Notes under the pieces: generated by a model
What the model was told of the DNA's origin: nothing
Seen by the model: only the letters and a program-made list of their open reading frames with translations
Databases searched by the model: none
NCBI RefSeq assembly: GCF_046105845.1
Contig: NZ_CP151004.1
DNA: 64,000 nucleotides
Direction: 5' to 3' (one strand)
Origin: Escherichia coli
GTDB lineage: Bacteria; Pseudomonadota; Gammaproteobacteria; Enterobacterales; Enterobacteriaceae
Translations under genes and position numbers: made by a program
Part shown: in pieces, positions 12,163-24,260 of the stretch
How positions within the stretch are numbered: the stretch's first letter is position 1
How the letters are laid out: every line of letters starts with the position of its first letter

Positions 12163-12300
12163 GGCGGATGAGTCCTTATTGCTGCGATTTCAGACAGTTT
12201 GCCAGCGATAAGCCAGACAAAACTCATCCCTGAGCGGTAAGTCCACAGGATGAGAAGCAAGGGTGAGCGATCGCGCGCAAAAAACGGCTGAATTTTGCGA
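12163..12300 (-). promoter_or_regulatory. malS promoter region with candidate MalT boxes (GGATGA-like)
   Basis: GGATGA-type hexamers seen at about 12166 and 12250 (one on each strand); malS is a known MalT-dependent gene; exact promoter not mapped. Confidence 0.35.
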
Positions 12301-12481
12301 TAACCCCCACATTTTCTGCGATTTAGCGCCAATCTGAATCGTTAACACGTGACATAGTTTCAGATTTGGACTATTCCTTGGGGTGCTCTTGACAGCTATT
12401 TTTGATATGATTTGAGATTCAACTCTCAAATTTGTGAAAAATATAAGGTGTTGGAATGATTAAATCCGACCAGGAGACCTG

Positions 12482-13306
12482 ATGATTTTGACTCCCATAC
12501 GACGATATGGGGCGATGATTCTTATGTTACTCACTCTGGTGTTTTCGAGTGAGGTGTTAGCGAAGACGCACACAACAACAGCGAGTCAAAAGTCCCACTT
12601 AACTAAAGCTAGTAATAAACAGGTAAGCAGTAAACAAGAGTATTCTCGCAATAGTGCAAAGAGTAGTTCACTTCCTGATTTGCGAAAATACCCTTCCGGA
12701 ACACCAAGGAAAAAGGCGTTTCTCCGGACTGTAATGCCTTACATTACCAGCCAAAATGCGGCCATTACTGCGGAACGTAACTGGCTGATTTCAAAACAGT
12801 ATCAGGGCCAATGGTCACCTGCTGAGCGTGCGCGTCTGAAAGACATCGCCAAACGCTACAAGGTGAAGTGGTCTGGTAATACGCGAAAAATCCCGTGGAA
12901 TACCTTGCTTGAACGCGTAGACATTATCCCCACCAGTATGGTAGCGACGATGGCTGCAGCAGAAAGCGGTTGGGGAACGTCGAAGCTGGCGCGCAACAAC
13001 AACAATCTGTTCGGCATGAAATGCATGAAAGGACGTTGTACTAATGCGCCGGGTAAAGTGAAGGGGTACTCACAGTTTAGTTCTGTCAAAGAATCGGTGA
13101 GCGCCTATGTTACTAACCTGAATACGCATCCGGCTTACTCTTCGTTCCGTAAATCGCGTGCACAGCTGCGTAAAGCGGATCAGGAAGTGACTGCCACAGC
13201 GATGATTCACAAGCTGAAGGGCTACTCGACCAAAGGGAAGAGTTATAACAACTACCTGTTCGCAATGTACCAGGATAACCAACGGTTAATCGCGGCACAT
13301 ATGTAA
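12482..13306 (+). CDS. bax: Bax protein, putative glucosaminidase-domain protein
   Basis: 274-aa ORF MILTPIRRYGAMILMLLTLVFSSEVLA...; synteny between malS and xylR. Confidence 0.85.
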   Translation: MILTPIRRYGAMILMLLTLVFSSEVLAKTHTTTASQKSHLTKASNKQVSSKQEYSRNSAKSSSLPDLRKYPSGTPRKKAFLRTVMPYITSQNAAITAERNWLISKQYQGQWSPAERARLKDIAKRYKVKWSGNTRKIPWNTLLERVDIIPTSMVATMAAAESGWGTSKLARNNNNLFGMKCMKGRCTNAPGKVKGYSQFSSVKESVSAYVTNLNTHPAYSSFRKSRAQLRKADQEVTATAMIHKLKGYSTKGKSYNNYLFAMYQDNQRLIAAHM

Positions 13307-13320
13307 TTGCATTTCCTCGA

Positions 13321-13355
13321 GCCTTATCCGACTTGTCGGTCGGATAAGGCTTTTG
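13321..13355 (+). terminator. Hairpin plus T-run downstream of bax (rho-independent terminator-like)
   Basis: gccttatccgac ttgtc ggtcggataaggc followed by ttttg. Confidence 0.6.
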
Positions 13356-13413
13356 CTCGCATCAGGTGATTGTGCTGAGTTACCTGATGCGACGCCGACA
13401 ATTCTCATCATCG

Positions 13414-14592
13414 CTACAACATGACCTCGCTATTTACATCGCGATACTCTTTTGGCGTCGTGTCATATGCTTTTTTAAAAACAGAGTAGAAATATTGCAG
13501 CGATGGATAACCGCACATTTGCGATATCTCATTGATCGACAAGGTGGTTGAAATCAGCAGACTGCGCGCTTTCTCCAACTTCTCGGCATGAATCATGGCA
13601 TGGATGGTTTCACCCACCTCTTCTTTAAAACGCTTCTCAAGATTGGAGCGCGAGATCCCGACCGCATCGAGTACCTGATCCACTTTAATCCCTTTACAGG
13701 CGTGATTACGAATGTAATGCATGGCCTGAATAACGGCGGGATCGGTCAGCGAGCGGTAATCTGTTGAGCGCCGTTCAATGACGCGAACTGGTGGGACCAA
13801 AATCCGCTGTAGCGGCATTTCTTCTTTATCTAATAATCGATGCAACAGTTTTGCCGCCTGATAGCCCATTTGCCGCGCGCCCTGAGCGACCGAAGAAAGG
13901 GCGACACGCGACAGATAGCGGGTCAGTTCTTCGTTATCGATGCCAATCACGCATAATTTTTCCGGTACGGGAATATGTAGATGTTCACATACTTGCAGAA
14001 TATGCCGCGCCCGGGCGTCAGTAACGGCAATAATCCCGGTTTGCGGTGGCAGCGTTTGTAGCCAGTCTGCCAGCCGATTTTGCGCGTGTTGCCAGTTCTC
14101 TGGCGCGGTTTCTAACCCCTGATAAACCACTCCGCGATACTTTTCTTCGGCGACAAGCTGACGAAATGCATATTCGCGTTCAGTGGCCCAACGTTTACCG
14201 CTTGATTCCGGAAGACCATAAAAAGCAAAGCGGTTAATGCCTTTCTCTTTTAAATGCAAAAATGCGCTTTCAACCAGCGCATAGTTATCGGTGGCAATGT
14301 AATGAACGGGTGGGTAACTTTCGGCAAGGTGATACGAGCCACCAACCCCAACAATGGGGACGTCGACATCAGCCAGCGCTTGCTCGATTTGTTTGTCGTC
14401 GAAGTCGGCAATGACGCCATCTCCTAACCAGTCCTTGATTTTATCAATGCGGGCGCGGAAATCTTCTTCAATGAAAATATCCCATTCCGATTGTGACGCC
14501 TGTAAATATTCCCCTACGCCTTCTACTACCTGCCGGTCATAGGCTTTATTGGCATTGAACAGTAATGTGATGCGGTGACGTTTAGTAAACAT
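13414..14592 (-). CDS. xylR: Xylose operon transcriptional activator (AraC family)
   Basis: 392-aa ORF MFTKRHRITLLFNANKAYDRQVVEGVGEYL... Confidence 0.9.
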   Translation of the reverse strand: MFTKRHRITLLFNANKAYDRQVVEGVGEYLQASQSEWDIFIEEDFRARIDKIKDWLGDGVIADFDDKQIEQALADVDVPIVGVGGSYHLAESYPPVHYIATDNYALVESAFLHLKEKGINRFAFYGLPESSGKRWATEREYAFRQLVAEEKYRGVVYQGLETAPENWQHAQNRLADWLQTLPPQTGIIAVTDARARHILQVCEHLHIPVPEKLCVIGIDNEELTRYLSRVALSSVAQGARQMGYQAAKLLHRLLDKEEMPLQRILVPPVRVIERRSTDYRSLTDPAVIQAMHYIRNHACKGIKVDQVLDAVGISRSNLEKRFKEEVGETIHAMIHAEKLEKARSLLISTTLSINEISQMCGYPSLQYFYSVFKKAYDTTPKEYRDVNSEVML

Positions 14593-14669
14593 GGTTCTTT
14601 TCCTGCTGAATCATGCAAAAACTCAAAACCGGTAATACGTTACCGGCTTTGAGAAAATTTTTATCAAAA

Positions 14670-15851
14670 TCAAGAACGGCGTTTGGTTGCGGAGTCCATC
14701 CATACTGCCAGCAACAGAATCGCACCTTTAACGATATACTGCCAGAAGGTCGGTACATCCATCATACTCATGCCGTTATCCAGTGAAGCCATGATGAATG
14801 CCCCCATTACCGCTCCGGCCACGCTCCCGACGCCGCCTGCCAGACTGGTGCCGCCAATCACGCATGCTGCAATTGCGTCCAGCTCGGCGATATTCCCCGC
14901 AGAAGGTGAACCAGCGCCAAGTCGAGAACTGAGGATTAATCCGGCGATGGCTACCATTAATCCGTTAATTGCGAACACGGCAAGTTTGGTGCGTTCAACG
15001 TTAATCCCGGAGAGCCGTGCTGCTTCCAGATTGCCGCCGATGGCATAAATGCGTCGTCCAAATGCCGTCCGCGTTGCCATAAACATTCCGCCGAGTAACA
15101 GCAACGTCAGCAGCAGAACAGGAGTGGGAACGCCACGGTAATCGTTCAACAGCCAGATTGCGCCTAAGACGATAATCGCCGTTAATGCCTGGCGACCGAC
15201 AACTGCGGTAGAGGCCGGAGACTGCAAACCCAAAGCCTGACGGCGCATTCTTCCGCGCCATTGCCAGCCAACAAAAGCCATTAAGCCAAGCGCGCCAATG
15301 ATGAAGCCGGTGCTGGCGGGTAGATAGCTTTGCCCGATTTGTGACATCGTGGCGCTGGTGGGGGAAACAGTCGTGCCGTTGGTGATGCCAATGAGTATGC
15401 CGCGAAATGCCAACATGCCCGCGAGGGTGACAATAAATGAAGGGACTTTGCGGTAAGCGACCCACCATCCGTTCCAGGCACCGAGAAGCAGTCCCAGAAC
15501 CAAAGTCACAATGATGGTAAGTGGCAAAGGCCAGCCTAACCAAACGTCACAAATCGCCGCGACGCCACCTAATAGCCCCATCATTGAGCCGACGGAAAGG
15601 TCGATTTCAGCAGAAATTATGACGAACACCATTCCTACCGCGAGGATGCCGGTAATCGCGGTCTGGCGTAACAGGTTGGAGACGTTACGAGCGCTTAAGT
15701 AGGCACCATCGGTGGTCCAGGTAAAGAACAGCATGATTGCGATGATAGCTGCAATCATCACGAAGACCTGCAAATTCAGTGACTTCAGCCCGGAAAAGCC
15801 ACCGGATGTCGGTACGGCCAATTTCACTTCAGACGGATTGCTTTTCGACAT
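14670..15851 (-). CDS. xylH: Xylose ABC transporter permease
   Basis: 393-aa hydrophobic ORF; xylFGH synteny. Confidence 0.9.
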   Translation of the reverse strand: MSKSNPSEVKLAVPTSGGFSGLKSLNLQVFVMIAAIIAIMLFFTWTTDGAYLSARNVSNLLRQTAITGILAVGMVFVIISAEIDLSVGSMMGLLGGVAAICDVWLGWPLPLTIIVTLVLGLLLGAWNGWWVAYRKVPSFIVTLAGMLAFRGILIGITNGTTVSPTSATMSQIGQSYLPASTGFIIGALGLMAFVGWQWRGRMRRQALGLQSPASTAVVGRQALTAIIVLGAIWLLNDYRGVPTPVLLLTLLLLGGMFMATRTAFGRRIYAIGGNLEAARLSGINVERTKLAVFAINGLMVAIAGLILSSRLGAGSPSAGNIAELDAIAACVIGGTSLAGGVGSVAGAVMGAFIMASLDNGMSMMDVPTFWQYIVKGAILLLAVWMDSATKRRS

Positions 15852-17370
15852 GATGTTCGCTCCTCAATGCGGCTTCCATCACCTGCTCCTGAGTCAGGTT
15901 ATGATTTATCAGGTTGGCTTTTAGTTTCCCTTCATGCATCACCAGTACACGATCGCTAAGGCCGAGCACTTCAGGTAATTCGGAAGAGATGACAATAACG
16001 GCAATACCCTGCTGGACGAGTTGGTTAATTAATTTGTAGATCTCGTATTTCGCGCCAATATCGATACCCCTGGTAGGTTCATCAAGAATGAGAATGCGCG
16101 GGTTGAGTAACAGACAGCGAGCGAGGATCGCTTTTTGCTGATTGCCGCCGCTCAAACGTCCAATAGCAAGGTCGGGGGACGACGTTTTAACTTTGAGTTG
16201 CTGGATTGATTCCAGAATACATTTTTGCTCTGCCGCGTCATCAAGCTGGCTAATACCGCCGGTAAATTTATTGAGTGCGGCGAGGGTAATATTTTTACCA
16301 ACCGCCATTACCGGAACGATGCCGTCGCGCTTTCTGTCTTCGGGGACCATCGCAATCCCCTGGGCGATGGCTTGCTGACAGTTACGAATATCTACCTGTT
16401 TGCCATCAATATAAATTTTTCCTTCCCATTGTCCGGGCCACACGCCAAACAGGCACTGAATGGTCTCGGTACGTCCGGCACCAACGAGTCCGGCAATACC
16501 CAGTATTTCGCCACGTTTCAGGGAAAACGAGACATCATTAACTCGTTTAATATGACGATTAACCGGATGCCATGCCGTCAGATGTTCAATACGTAATATT
16601 TCATCTCCGGTGGTATGTGGTTCATTTGGGTAAAGCGCGGTTAACTCTCGCCCGACCATCATGGTGATAATATCGTCTTCACTCATTCCGGCAGCATCAC
16701 GCGTACCAATGTGCTGACCGTCGCGAATAACGCAAATCGTATCGGAAATCGCTTTGACTTCGTTGAGTTTGTGCGAAATATAAATACAGGCGATACCGTG
16801 CTGTTGTAGATCGCGAATAATATCCAGTAAAACCGACGTTTCCTGCTCAGTTAATGAGGCTGTCGGCTCATCGAGAATTAACAAACGCACCTGTTTATTA
16901 AGTGCCTTGGCAATTTCAACCAGTTGTTGTTGCCCAAGCCCTAAATCGCCAACGCGGGTATCGGGTGAAATAGATAAACTGACCTGTGCGAGCAGCTTCT
17001 GACAGCGTAGCGTCATCAGATCATAATCCATAATGCCATTATGGGTTATTTCGTTACCCAGGAAGATATTTTCCAGCACGGTCAATTCTTTCACCAGCGC
17101 CAATTCCTGGTGAATGATGGCGATACCTTTGCGTTCGGTATCGCGGATGTGACTCGCCTGAATCTCTTCTCCCGCAAAAATAATTTCGCCTTCGTAGGAG
17201 CCATGGGGATAAATACCACACAGCACTTTCATCAGCGTTGATTTACCAGACCCATTTTCCCCACAGAGTGAGACGATTTCGCCAGCATTCAACCGCAAGC
17301 TGACGTTATCAATCGCCTTCACACTGCCGAAGGTTTTGGTAATGTTCTTCATTTCAAGTAGATAAGGCAT
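15829..17370 (-). CDS. xylG: Xylose ABC transporter ATP-binding protein (513 aa)
   Basis: ATG at 17368-17370 gives [25 protein letters not shown]...; two Walker A motifs (GENGSGKST and a second domain). Confidence 0.9.
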   Translation of the reverse strand: MPYLLEMKNITKTFGSVKAIDNVSLRLNAGEIVSLCGENGSGKSTLMKVLCGIYPHGSYEGEIIFAGEEIQASHIRDTERKGIAIIHQELALVKELTVLENIFLGNEITHNGIMDYDLMTLRCQKLLAQVSLSISPDTRVGDLGLGQQQLVEIAKALNKQVRLLILDEPTASLTEQETSVLLDIIRDLQQHGIACIYISHKLNEVKAISDTICVIRDGQHIGTRDAAGMSEDDIITMMVGRELTALYPNEPHTTGDEILRIEHLTAWHPVNRHIKRVNDVSFSLKRGEILGIAGLVGAGRTETIQCLFGVWPGQWEGKIYIDGKQVDIRNCQQAIAQGIAMVPEDRKRDGIVPVMAVGKNITLAALNKFTGGISQLDDAAEQKCILESIQQLKVKTSSPDLAIGRLSGGNQQKAILARCLLLNPRILILDEPTRGIDIGAKYEIYKLINQLVQQGIAVIVISSELPEVLGLSDRVLVMHEGKLKANLINHNLTQEQVMEAALRSEHHVEKQSV

Positions 17371-17447
17371 AACGACTCCACCTAAGCCAATTAATTCACG
17401 CGGCATGGAGAGAAATCACGCCCCCGCTCCTCGCCGGGGCGTAACGC

Positions 17448-18440
17448 TTACAGCTCGCTCTCTTTGTGGAATCCGTCTTTAACTACCGTATCTTTGATGT
17501 TGTTTTTATTCACATCGATCGGTGTCAGCAGGCGGGAGGGAACATCTTTCAGACCATTATTCAGAGTGGTATCTGCTTTTGGTTCCTGACCATTGCCCAA
17601 CTCAACGGCAATTTCTGCGGCAGTATTTGCCAACAATGTAATAGGTTTATACACCGTCATAGTTTGCGTACCGGCAGCAATACGTTTAATACCTGCGAGA
17701 TCCGCATCCTGGCCGGAAATTGCTACTTTCCCTGATAAACCTTGCGCGCTTAATGCCTGAATTGCCCCACCTGCGGTGGCATCGTTTGAGGCAACTACAG
17801 CATCAATTTTGTTATTATTGGCGGTTAGCGCGTTTTCCATAATTTTCAATGCGTTTTCCGGTAACCAGCCATCAACCCATTGGTCACCAACGACTTTAAT
17901 TTTTCCGGAATCAACGTAAGGTTTTAACACTTTCATTTGCCCGGCGCGGAACAGCTTGGCGTTGTTATCTACCGGCGAGCCGCCCATCAGGAAGTAATTA
18001 CCTTGCGGAACAATATCGACCAGGGCTTTTGCCTGCAGTTCACCGACTTTTTCGTTATCGAAAGAAATATAAAAATCGATATCCGCATCGTTAATCATAC
18101 GGTCGTAAGCTAATACTTTAATACCTTCTTGTTTGGCTTCTTTTACAACGTTACTTAATACCTGACCGTTATACGGAATAATGACAAGAACATCGACGCC
18201 CCGGTTAATCATGTTTTCAATCTGCGACATTTGTGTTTCTTCATTGCCATTTGCAGACTGTACAAATACTTTCGCGCCGAGAGATTCTGCCTTTTTCACA
18301 AAAATATCTCGATCTTTTTGCCAGCGTTCAAGACGGAGATCATCAATCGCCATACCTATTTTGACTTCTTTGGCGTGTGCAGCAACGTTGGTAAGCAGGA
18401 GTGAGGTGCAAAGGGTGAGTAGAATGTTCTTTATTTTCAT
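17448..18440 (-). CDS. xylF: D-xylose periplasmic binding protein (330 aa)
   Basis: ATG at 18438-18440 gives MKIKNILLTLCTSLLLTNVAAHAKEVKIGM... Confidence 0.9.
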   Translation of the reverse strand: MKIKNILLTLCTSLLLTNVAAHAKEVKIGMAIDDLRLERWQKDRDIFVKKAESLGAKVFVQSANGNEETQMSQIENMINRGVDVLVIIPYNGQVLSNVVKEAKQEGIKVLAYDRMINDADIDFYISFDNEKVGELQAKALVDIVPQGNYFLMGGSPVDNNAKLFRAGQMKVLKPYVDSGKIKVVGDQWVDGWLPENALKIMENALTANNNKIDAVVASNDATAGGAIQALSAQGLSGKVAISGQDADLAGIKRIAAGTQTMTVYKPITLLANTAAEIAVELGNGQEPKADTTLNNGLKDVPSRLLTPIDVNKNNIKDTVVKDGFHKESEL

Positions 18441-18805
18441 GGTGTAGGGCCTTCTGTAGTTAGAGGACAGCTTTAATAAGTAACAATCACCGCGATAAAC
18501 GTAACCAATTTTTAGCAACTAAACAGGGGAAAACAATTACAGATTTTTATCTTTCGATTACGATTTTTGGTTTATTTCTTGATTTATGACCGAGATCTTA
18601 CTTTTGTTGCGCAATTGTACTTATTGCATTTTTCTCTTCGAGGAATTACCCAGTTTCATCATTCCATTTTATTTTGCGAGCGAGCGCACACTTGTGAATT
18701 ATCTCAATAGCAGTGTGAAATAACATAATTGAGCAACTGAAAGGGAGTGCCCAATATTACGACATCATCCATCACCCGCGGCATTACCTGATTATGGAGT
18801 TCAAT
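18441..18805. promoter_or_regulatory. Divergent xylF / xylA promoter region (XylR and CRP controlled); candidate CRP half-sites near 18690-18720
   Basis: 365-bp AT-rich intergenic between divergent xylFGHR and xylAB; TGTGA motifs at about 18692 and 18714; XylR sites not resolved by eye. Confidence 0.5.
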
Positions 18806-20128
18806 ATGCAAGCCTATTTTGACCAGCTCGATCGCGTTCGTTATGAAGGCTCAAAATCCTCAAACCCGTTAGCATTCCGTCACTACAATCCCGACGAACT
18901 GGTGTTGGGCAAGCGTATGGAAGAGCACTTGCGATTTGCCGCCTGCTACTGGCACACCTTCTGCTGGAACGGGGCGGATATGTTTGGTGTGGGGGCGTTT
19001 AATCGTCCGTGGCAGCAGCCTGGTGAGGCACTGGCGTTGGCGAAGCGTAAAGCAGATGTCGCATTTGAGTTTTTCCACAAGTTACATGTGCCATTTTATT
19101 GCTTCCACGATGTGGATGTTTCCCCTGAGGGCGCGTCGTTAAAAGAGTACATCAATAATTTTGCGCAAATGGTTGATGTCCTGGCAGGTAAGCAAGAAGA
19201 GAGCGGCGTGAAGCTGCTGTGGGGAACCGCCAACTGCTTTACAAACCCTCGCTACGGCGCGGGTGCGGCGACGAACCCAGATCCTGAAGTCTTCAGCTGG
19301 GCGGCAACGCAAGTTGTTACAGCGATGGAAGCAACCCATAAATTGGGCGGTGAAAACTATGTCCTGTGGGGCGGTCGTGAAGGTTACGAAACGCTGTTAA
19401 ATACCGACTTGCGTCAGGAGCGTGAACAACTGGGCCGCTTTATGCAGATGGTGGTTGAGCATAAACATAAAATCGGTTTCCAGGGCACGTTGCTTATCGA
19501 ACCGAAACCGCAAGAACCGACCAAACATCAATATGATTACGATGCCGCGACGGTCTATGGCTTCCTGAAACAGTTTGGTCTGGAAAAAGAGATTAAACTG
19601 AACATTGAAGCTAACCACGCGACGCTGGCAGGTCACTCTTTCCATCATGAAATAGCCACCGCCATTGCGCTTGGCCTGTTCGGTTCTGTCGACGCTAACC
19701 GTGGCGATGCACAACTGGGCTGGGACACCGACCAGTTCCCGAACAGTGTGGAAGATAATGCGCTGGTGATGTATGAAATTCTCAAAGCAGGCGGTTTCAC
19801 CACCGGCGGTCTGAACTTCGATGCCAAAGTACGTCGTCAAAGTACTGATAAATATGATCTGTTTTACGGTCATATCGGCGCGATGGATACGATGGCGTTG
19901 GCGCTGAAAATTGCAGCACGCATGATTGAAGATGGCGAGCTGGATAAACGCATCGCGCAGCGTTATTCCGGCTGGAATAGCGAATTAGGCCAGCAAATCC
20001 TGAAAGGCCAAATGTCACTGGCAGATTTAGCCAAATATGCTCAGGAACACAATTTGTCTCCGGTGCATCAGAGTGGTCGCCAGGAGCAACTGGAAAATCT
20101 GGTAAACCATTATCTGTTCGACAAATAA
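18806..20128 (+). CDS. xylA: Xylose isomerase (440 aa)
   Basis: ATG at 18806 gives [31 protein letters not shown]... Confidence 0.95.
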   Translation: MQAYFDQLDRVRYEGSKSSNPLAFRHYNPDELVLGKRMEEHLRFAACYWHTFCWNGADMFGVGAFNRPWQQPGEALALAKRKADVAFEFFHKLHVPFYCFHDVDVSPEGASLKEYINNFAQMVDVLAGKQEESGVKLLWGTANCFTNPRYGAGAATNPDPEVFSWAATQVVTAMEATHKLGGENYVLWGGREGYETLLNTDLRQEREQLGRFMQMVVEHKHKIGFQGTLLIEPKPQEPTKHQYDYDAATVYGFLKQFGLEKEIKLNIEANHATLAGHSFHHEIATAIALGLFGSVDANRGDAQLGWDTDQFPNSVEDNALVMYEILKAGGFTTGGLNFDAKVRRQSTDKYDLFYGHIGAMDTMALALKIAARMIEDGELDKRIAQRYSGWNSELGQQILKGQMSLADLAKYAQEHNLSPVHQSGRQEQLENLVNHYLFDK

Positions 20129-20199
20129 CGGCTAACTGTGCAGTCCGTTGGCCCGGTTATCGGTAGCGATACCGGGCATTTTTTTAAGGAACGATCGAT

Positions 20200-21654
20200 A
20201 TGTATATCGGGATAGATCTTGGCACCTCGGGCGTAAAAGTTATTTTGCTCAACGAGCAGGGCGAGGTGGTTGCTTCGCAAACGGAAAAGCTGACCGTTTC
20301 GCGCCCGCATCCACTCTGGTCGGAACAAGACCCGGAACAGTGGTGGCAGGCAACTGATCGCGCAATGAAAGCCCTGGGCGATCAGCATTCTCTGCAGGAC
20401 GTTAAAGCATTGGGTATTGCCGGCCAGATGCACGGTGCAACCTTACTGGATGCCCAGCAACGGTTATTACGCCCTGCCATTTTGTGGAACGACGGGCGCT
20501 GTGCGCAAGAGTGCACTTTGCTGGAAGCGCGAGTTCCGCAATCACGGGTGATTACCGGTAACCTGATGATGCCCGGATTTACTGCGCCTAAATTGCTATG
20601 GGTTCAGCGGCATGAGCCGGAGATATTCCGTCAAATCGACAAAGTATTATTACCGAAAGATTACTTGCGTCTGCGTATGACGGGGGAGTTTGCCAGCGAT
20701 ATGTCTGACGCAGCTGGCACCATGTGGCTGGATGTCGCAAAGCGTGACTGGAGTGACGACATGCTGCAGGCTTGCCACTTATCTCGTGACCAGATGCCCG
20801 CATTATACGAAGGCAGCGAAATTACTGGTGCTTTGCTACCTGAAGTTGCGAAAGCGTGGGGTATGGCGGCGGTGCCAGTTGTCGCAGGCGGTGGTGATAA
20901 TGCAGCTGGTGCGGTTGGTGTAGGAATGGTTGATGCTAATCAGGCAATGTTATCGCTGGGGACGTCGGGGGTCTATTTTGCTGTCAGCGAAGGGTTCTTA
21001 AGCAAGCCAGAAAGCGCCGTACACAGCTTTTGCCATGCGCTACCGCAGCGTTGGCATTTAATGTCTGTGATGCTGAGTGCAGCGTCGTGTCTGGATTGGG
21101 CTGCGAAATTAACGGGCCTGAACAATGTCCCAGCTTTAATCGCGGCTGCTCAACAGGCTGATGAAAGTGCCGAGCCAGTTTGGTTTCTGCCTTATCTTTC
21201 CGGCGAGCGTACACCACACAATAATCCCCAGGCGAAGGGGGTTTTCTTTGGTTTGACTCATCAACATGGCCCCAATGAACTGGCGCGAGCAGTGCTGGAA
21301 GGCGTGGGTTATGCGCTGGCAGATGGCATGGATGTCGTGCATGCCTGCGGCATTAAACCGCAAAGTGTTACGTTGATTGGTGGCGGGGCGCGTAGTGAGT
21401 ACTGGCGTCAGATGCTGGCGGATATCAGCGGTCAGCAACTCGATTACCGTACGGGGGGGGATGTGGGGCCAGCACTGGGCGCAGCAAGGCTGGCGCAGAT
21501 TGCGGCGAATCCAGAGAAATCGCTCATTGAGTTGTTGCCGCAGTTACCGTTAGAACAGTCGCATCTACCAGATGCGCAGCGTTATGCCGCTTATCAGCCA
21601 CGACGAGAAACGTTCCGTCGCCTCTATCAGCAACTTCTGCCATTAATGGCGTAA
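20200..21654 (+). CDS. xylB: Xylulokinase
   Basis: 484-aa ORF MYIGIDLGTSGVKVILLNEQGEVVA... Confidence 0.95.
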   Translation: MYIGIDLGTSGVKVILLNEQGEVVASQTEKLTVSRPHPLWSEQDPEQWWQATDRAMKALGDQHSLQDVKALGIAGQMHGATLLDAQQRLLRPAILWNDGRCAQECTLLEARVPQSRVITGNLMMPGFTAPKLLWVQRHEPEIFRQIDKVLLPKDYLRLRMTGEFASDMSDAAGTMWLDVAKRDWSDDMLQACHLSRDQMPALYEGSEITGALLPEVAKAWGMAAVPVVAGGGDNAAGAVGVGMVDANQAMLSLGTSGVYFAVSEGFLSKPESAVHSFCHALPQRWHLMSVMLSAASCLDWAAKLTGLNNVPALIAAAQQADESAEPVWFLPYLSGERTPHNNPQAKGVFFGLTHQHGPNELARAVLEGVGYALADGMDVVHACGIKPQSVTLIGGGARSEYWRQMLADISGQQLDYRTGGDVGPALGAARLAQIAANPEKSLIELLPQLPLEQSHLPDAQRYAAYQPRRETFRRLYQQLLPLMA

Positions 21655-21657
21655 ACG

Positions 21658-21687
21658 TTATCCCCTGCCTGACCGGGTAGGGGATAA
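21658..21687 (+). terminator. Inverted repeat downstream of xylB (terminator-like, weak T-run)
   Basis: atcccct gcctgaccgggt aggggat. Confidence 0.35.
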
Positions 21688-21822
21688 TTCACATCTATAT
21701 ATCTCAGTAATTAATTAATATTTAGTATGAATTTATTCTGAAAATCATTTGTTAATGGCATTTTTCAGTTTTGTCTTTCGTTGGTTACTCGTAATGTATC
21801 GCTGGTAGATATGGAGATCGTT

Positions 21823-22164
21823 ATGAAAACCTCAAAGACTGTGGCAAAACTATTATTTGTTGTCGGGGCGCTGGTTTATCTGGTTGGGCTATGGATCTCA
21901 TGCCCATTGTTAAGTGGAAAAGGCTATTTTCTTGGCGTATTAATGACAGCAACTTTTGGCAACTATGCATATCTTCGCGCAGAAAAACTCGGGCAACTGG
22001 ATAATTTTTTTACCCATATCTGCCAGTTAGTTGCGTTAATCACTATCGGTCTCTTGTTTATCGGTGTTTTAAATGCACCTATCAATGCTTATGAAATGGT
22101 GATCTACCCCATCGCCTTTTTTGTCTGCTTGTTTGGTCAAATGCGTTTGTTTCGCCCGGCATGA
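21823..22164 (+). CDS. yiaB: Inner membrane protein YiaB (113 aa)
   Basis: ATG at 21823 after GGAG gives MKTSKTVAKLLFVVGALVYLVGLW...; paralog of the adjacent yiaA; assignment by length and K-12 order. Confidence 0.8.
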   Translation: MKTSKTVAKLLFVVGALVYLVGLWISCPLLSGKGYFLGVLMTATFGNYAYLRAEKLGQLDNFFTHICQLVALITIGLLFIGVLNAPINAYEMVIYPIAFFVCLFGQMRLFRPA

Positions 22165-22208
22165 GCAACATAAAGCTCTTACACATTCAGGAATGAAGGA
22201 ATACTGTG

Positions 22209-22646
22209 ATGGACAACAAAATATCAACCTATTCACCGGCCTTTAGTATTGTGTCATGGATAGCTCTCGTTGGTGGTATCGTTACCTATCTGTTAGGGCT
22301 ATGGAATGCAGAGATGCAGTTAAATGAAAAAGGATATTATTTTGCCGTACTGGTATTAGGACTGTTTTCTGCTGCGTCTTATCAAAAGACCGTTCGGGAC
22401 AAGTATGAAGGCATACCGACCACTTCCATTTATTATATGACCTGCCTGACTGTCTTTATTATCTCTGTTGCATTACTGATGGTAGGTCTGTGGAATGCGA
22501 CATTATTACTCAGCGAGAAAGGTTTTTATGGACTAGCTTTCTTCTTAAGCTTGTTTGGTGCAGTAGCGGTGCAGAAGAATATTCGTGATGCCGGAATAAA
22601 CCCACCAAAAGAAACACAGGTTACCCAGGAAGAATACAGCGAATAA
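22209..22646 (+). CDS. yiaA: Inner membrane protein YiaA (145 aa)
   Basis: ATG at 22209 (ORF-track GTG at 22206); two YiaAB-type hydrophobic repeats. Confidence 0.8.
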
Positions 22647-22687
22647 TTCACATAAGCCCGGTCAGTCCAATGTGACCGGGCCTTTAT

Positions 22688-23683
22688 TTAACTCACTAGT
22701 CTGTTTCTGTCGATTCGTTGTACCAGCATAGAAAGTAACAAACTCGCTGCCAACGTCGCGCAAAAGATCCAAATAATATCGAGTATTGGCCAGTTCTTAA
22801 GCTCAATCCCCCGGGTGCGCAGTGCATGGATAATCAAGGCGTGGAATCCGTATATACCCAACGAATGGCGGGAGATTAAGCCAAGTCCGCGAATGGTACG
22901 CGTATCCAGCGTGTTTTTAACCAGAGTCAATAGCGTGATTGCGCAGATAAAAACCATCGGCCCACAGTAAAGATACCAGGTATCGGCAAAATTTCCGCGC
23001 CACTGCAATTCATATAATGTCCCGCGAGAGATAATAAAAACCCCCGTCGCAAACAGTGCGGCGCACACCCACGACAGTGCTTTATGCTGTGTGTCCATCA
23101 TCCCTATAGCGCGGCCCAACATGCCATACAGGATGTAGTAAAAAGTATCGCCATTGATATATAAGTTAATTGGCAGCCATTCAAAACCGTCAATTTTCTG
23201 CGGCACTGTGTTTGGGTTAGCGATAATGCCAATCACCACCATTAGCACCAGCAACATTTTTCCGCCGACGTTCTTCACCTGAATCAGCGGTGAAACCAGA
23301 TAAATCACCGCAATCGCGAAGAAAAACCACAAGTGGTAAAACACTGGCTTTTGCAGCAGGTTTTTCAGCGCTAACTCCATATTGATGGAGGTAAACAGCG
23401 CAATGTAGAGCAGTGCGATTGCGCTATAAAAAAGCAGACATAAGCCGATACGCAAGAAATGGCGCGGCTGGGCGCTGCGTTCGCCAAAAAAGAGATAGCC
23501 GGAAATCATGAAAAATAGCGGCACGCTGACACGAGAGGCAGAATTCAGAACATTGGCGATATCCCATGTGACGGGGCTAACACTATGAGCATTGGTCACA
23601 TACCAGGTAGTGGTGTGAATCATCACCACCATTAAACACGCTATCCCTCGCAGGTTATCAATCCAGTAAATTTTGGGCTGCAT
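22688..23683 (-). CDS. wecH: O-acetyltransferase WecH (acyltransferase-3 family)
   Basis: 331-aa polytopic membrane [31 protein letters not shown]... Confidence 0.85.
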   Translation of the reverse strand: MQPKIYWIDNLRGIACLMVVMIHTTTWYVTNAHSVSPVTWDIANVLNSASRVSVPLFFMISGYLFFGERSAQPRHFLRIGLCLLFYSAIALLYIALFTSINMELALKNLLQKPVFYHLWFFFAIAVIYLVSPLIQVKNVGGKMLLVLMVVIGIIANPNTVPQKIDGFEWLPINLYINGDTFYYILYGMLGRAIGMMDTQHKALSWVCAALFATGVFIISRGTLYELQWRGNFADTWYLYCGPMVFICAITLLTLVKNTLDTRTIRGLGLISRHSLGIYGFHALIIHALRTRGIELKNWPILDIIWIFCATLAASLLLSMLVQRIDRNRLVS

Positions 23684-23857
23684 CTGTGTCTCTGTATCTG
23701 GTTAAAAAAAGTCTGACCGATAAATCATTCGGTTGGCGCACTGGAATAATCTGAGTTTTATCACTACAGCTTATAGAGGCTTAAGGAAATTCGTAAGATA
23801 TCAGCCACTATACCGATATAAATAATAAGACTCACCTGCAAACCAGACGGTAATTTA

Positions 23858-24166
23858 ATGATGATGAACTCTTTCTTTCCGGCAATGGCGCTTATGGTGC
23901 TTATGGCGCTAGTGGGTTGTTCTACACCGCCACCCGTGCAGAAAGCACAACGGGTAAAGGTTGATCCTCTGCGTTCGTTGAATATGGAAGGGCTATGCAA
24001 AGATCAGGCGGCAAAACGCTATAATACAGGTGCGCAAAAAATCGACGTCACCGCATTTGAACAGTTCCAGGGGAGCTACGAAATGCGCGGTTATACCTTC
24101 CGTAAAGAGCAGTTTGTCTGTTCTTTTGACGCAGATGGCCATTTTTTGCATCTTTCCATGCGTTAA
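23858..24166 (+). CDS. ysaB: Small lipoprotein YsaB
   Basis: About 100-aa ORF with lipobox LVGC (MMMNSFFPAMALMVLMALVGCSTPPP...); which of three consecutive ATGs is used is uncertain. Confidence 0.75.
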   Translation: MMMNSFFPAMALMVLMALVGCSTPPPVQKAQRVKVDPLRSLNMEGLCKDQAAKRYNTGAQKIDVTAFEQFQGSYEMRGYTFRKEQFVCSFDADGHFLHLSMR

Positions 24167-24260
24167 GCCCTGCTTTTTCCCGTTTCGTACTGTATATCTT
24201 CCATCCAGCGGGTATACTGATCCCTTCCTTTAAATCCACACGTATCCAGCACGAAATAAT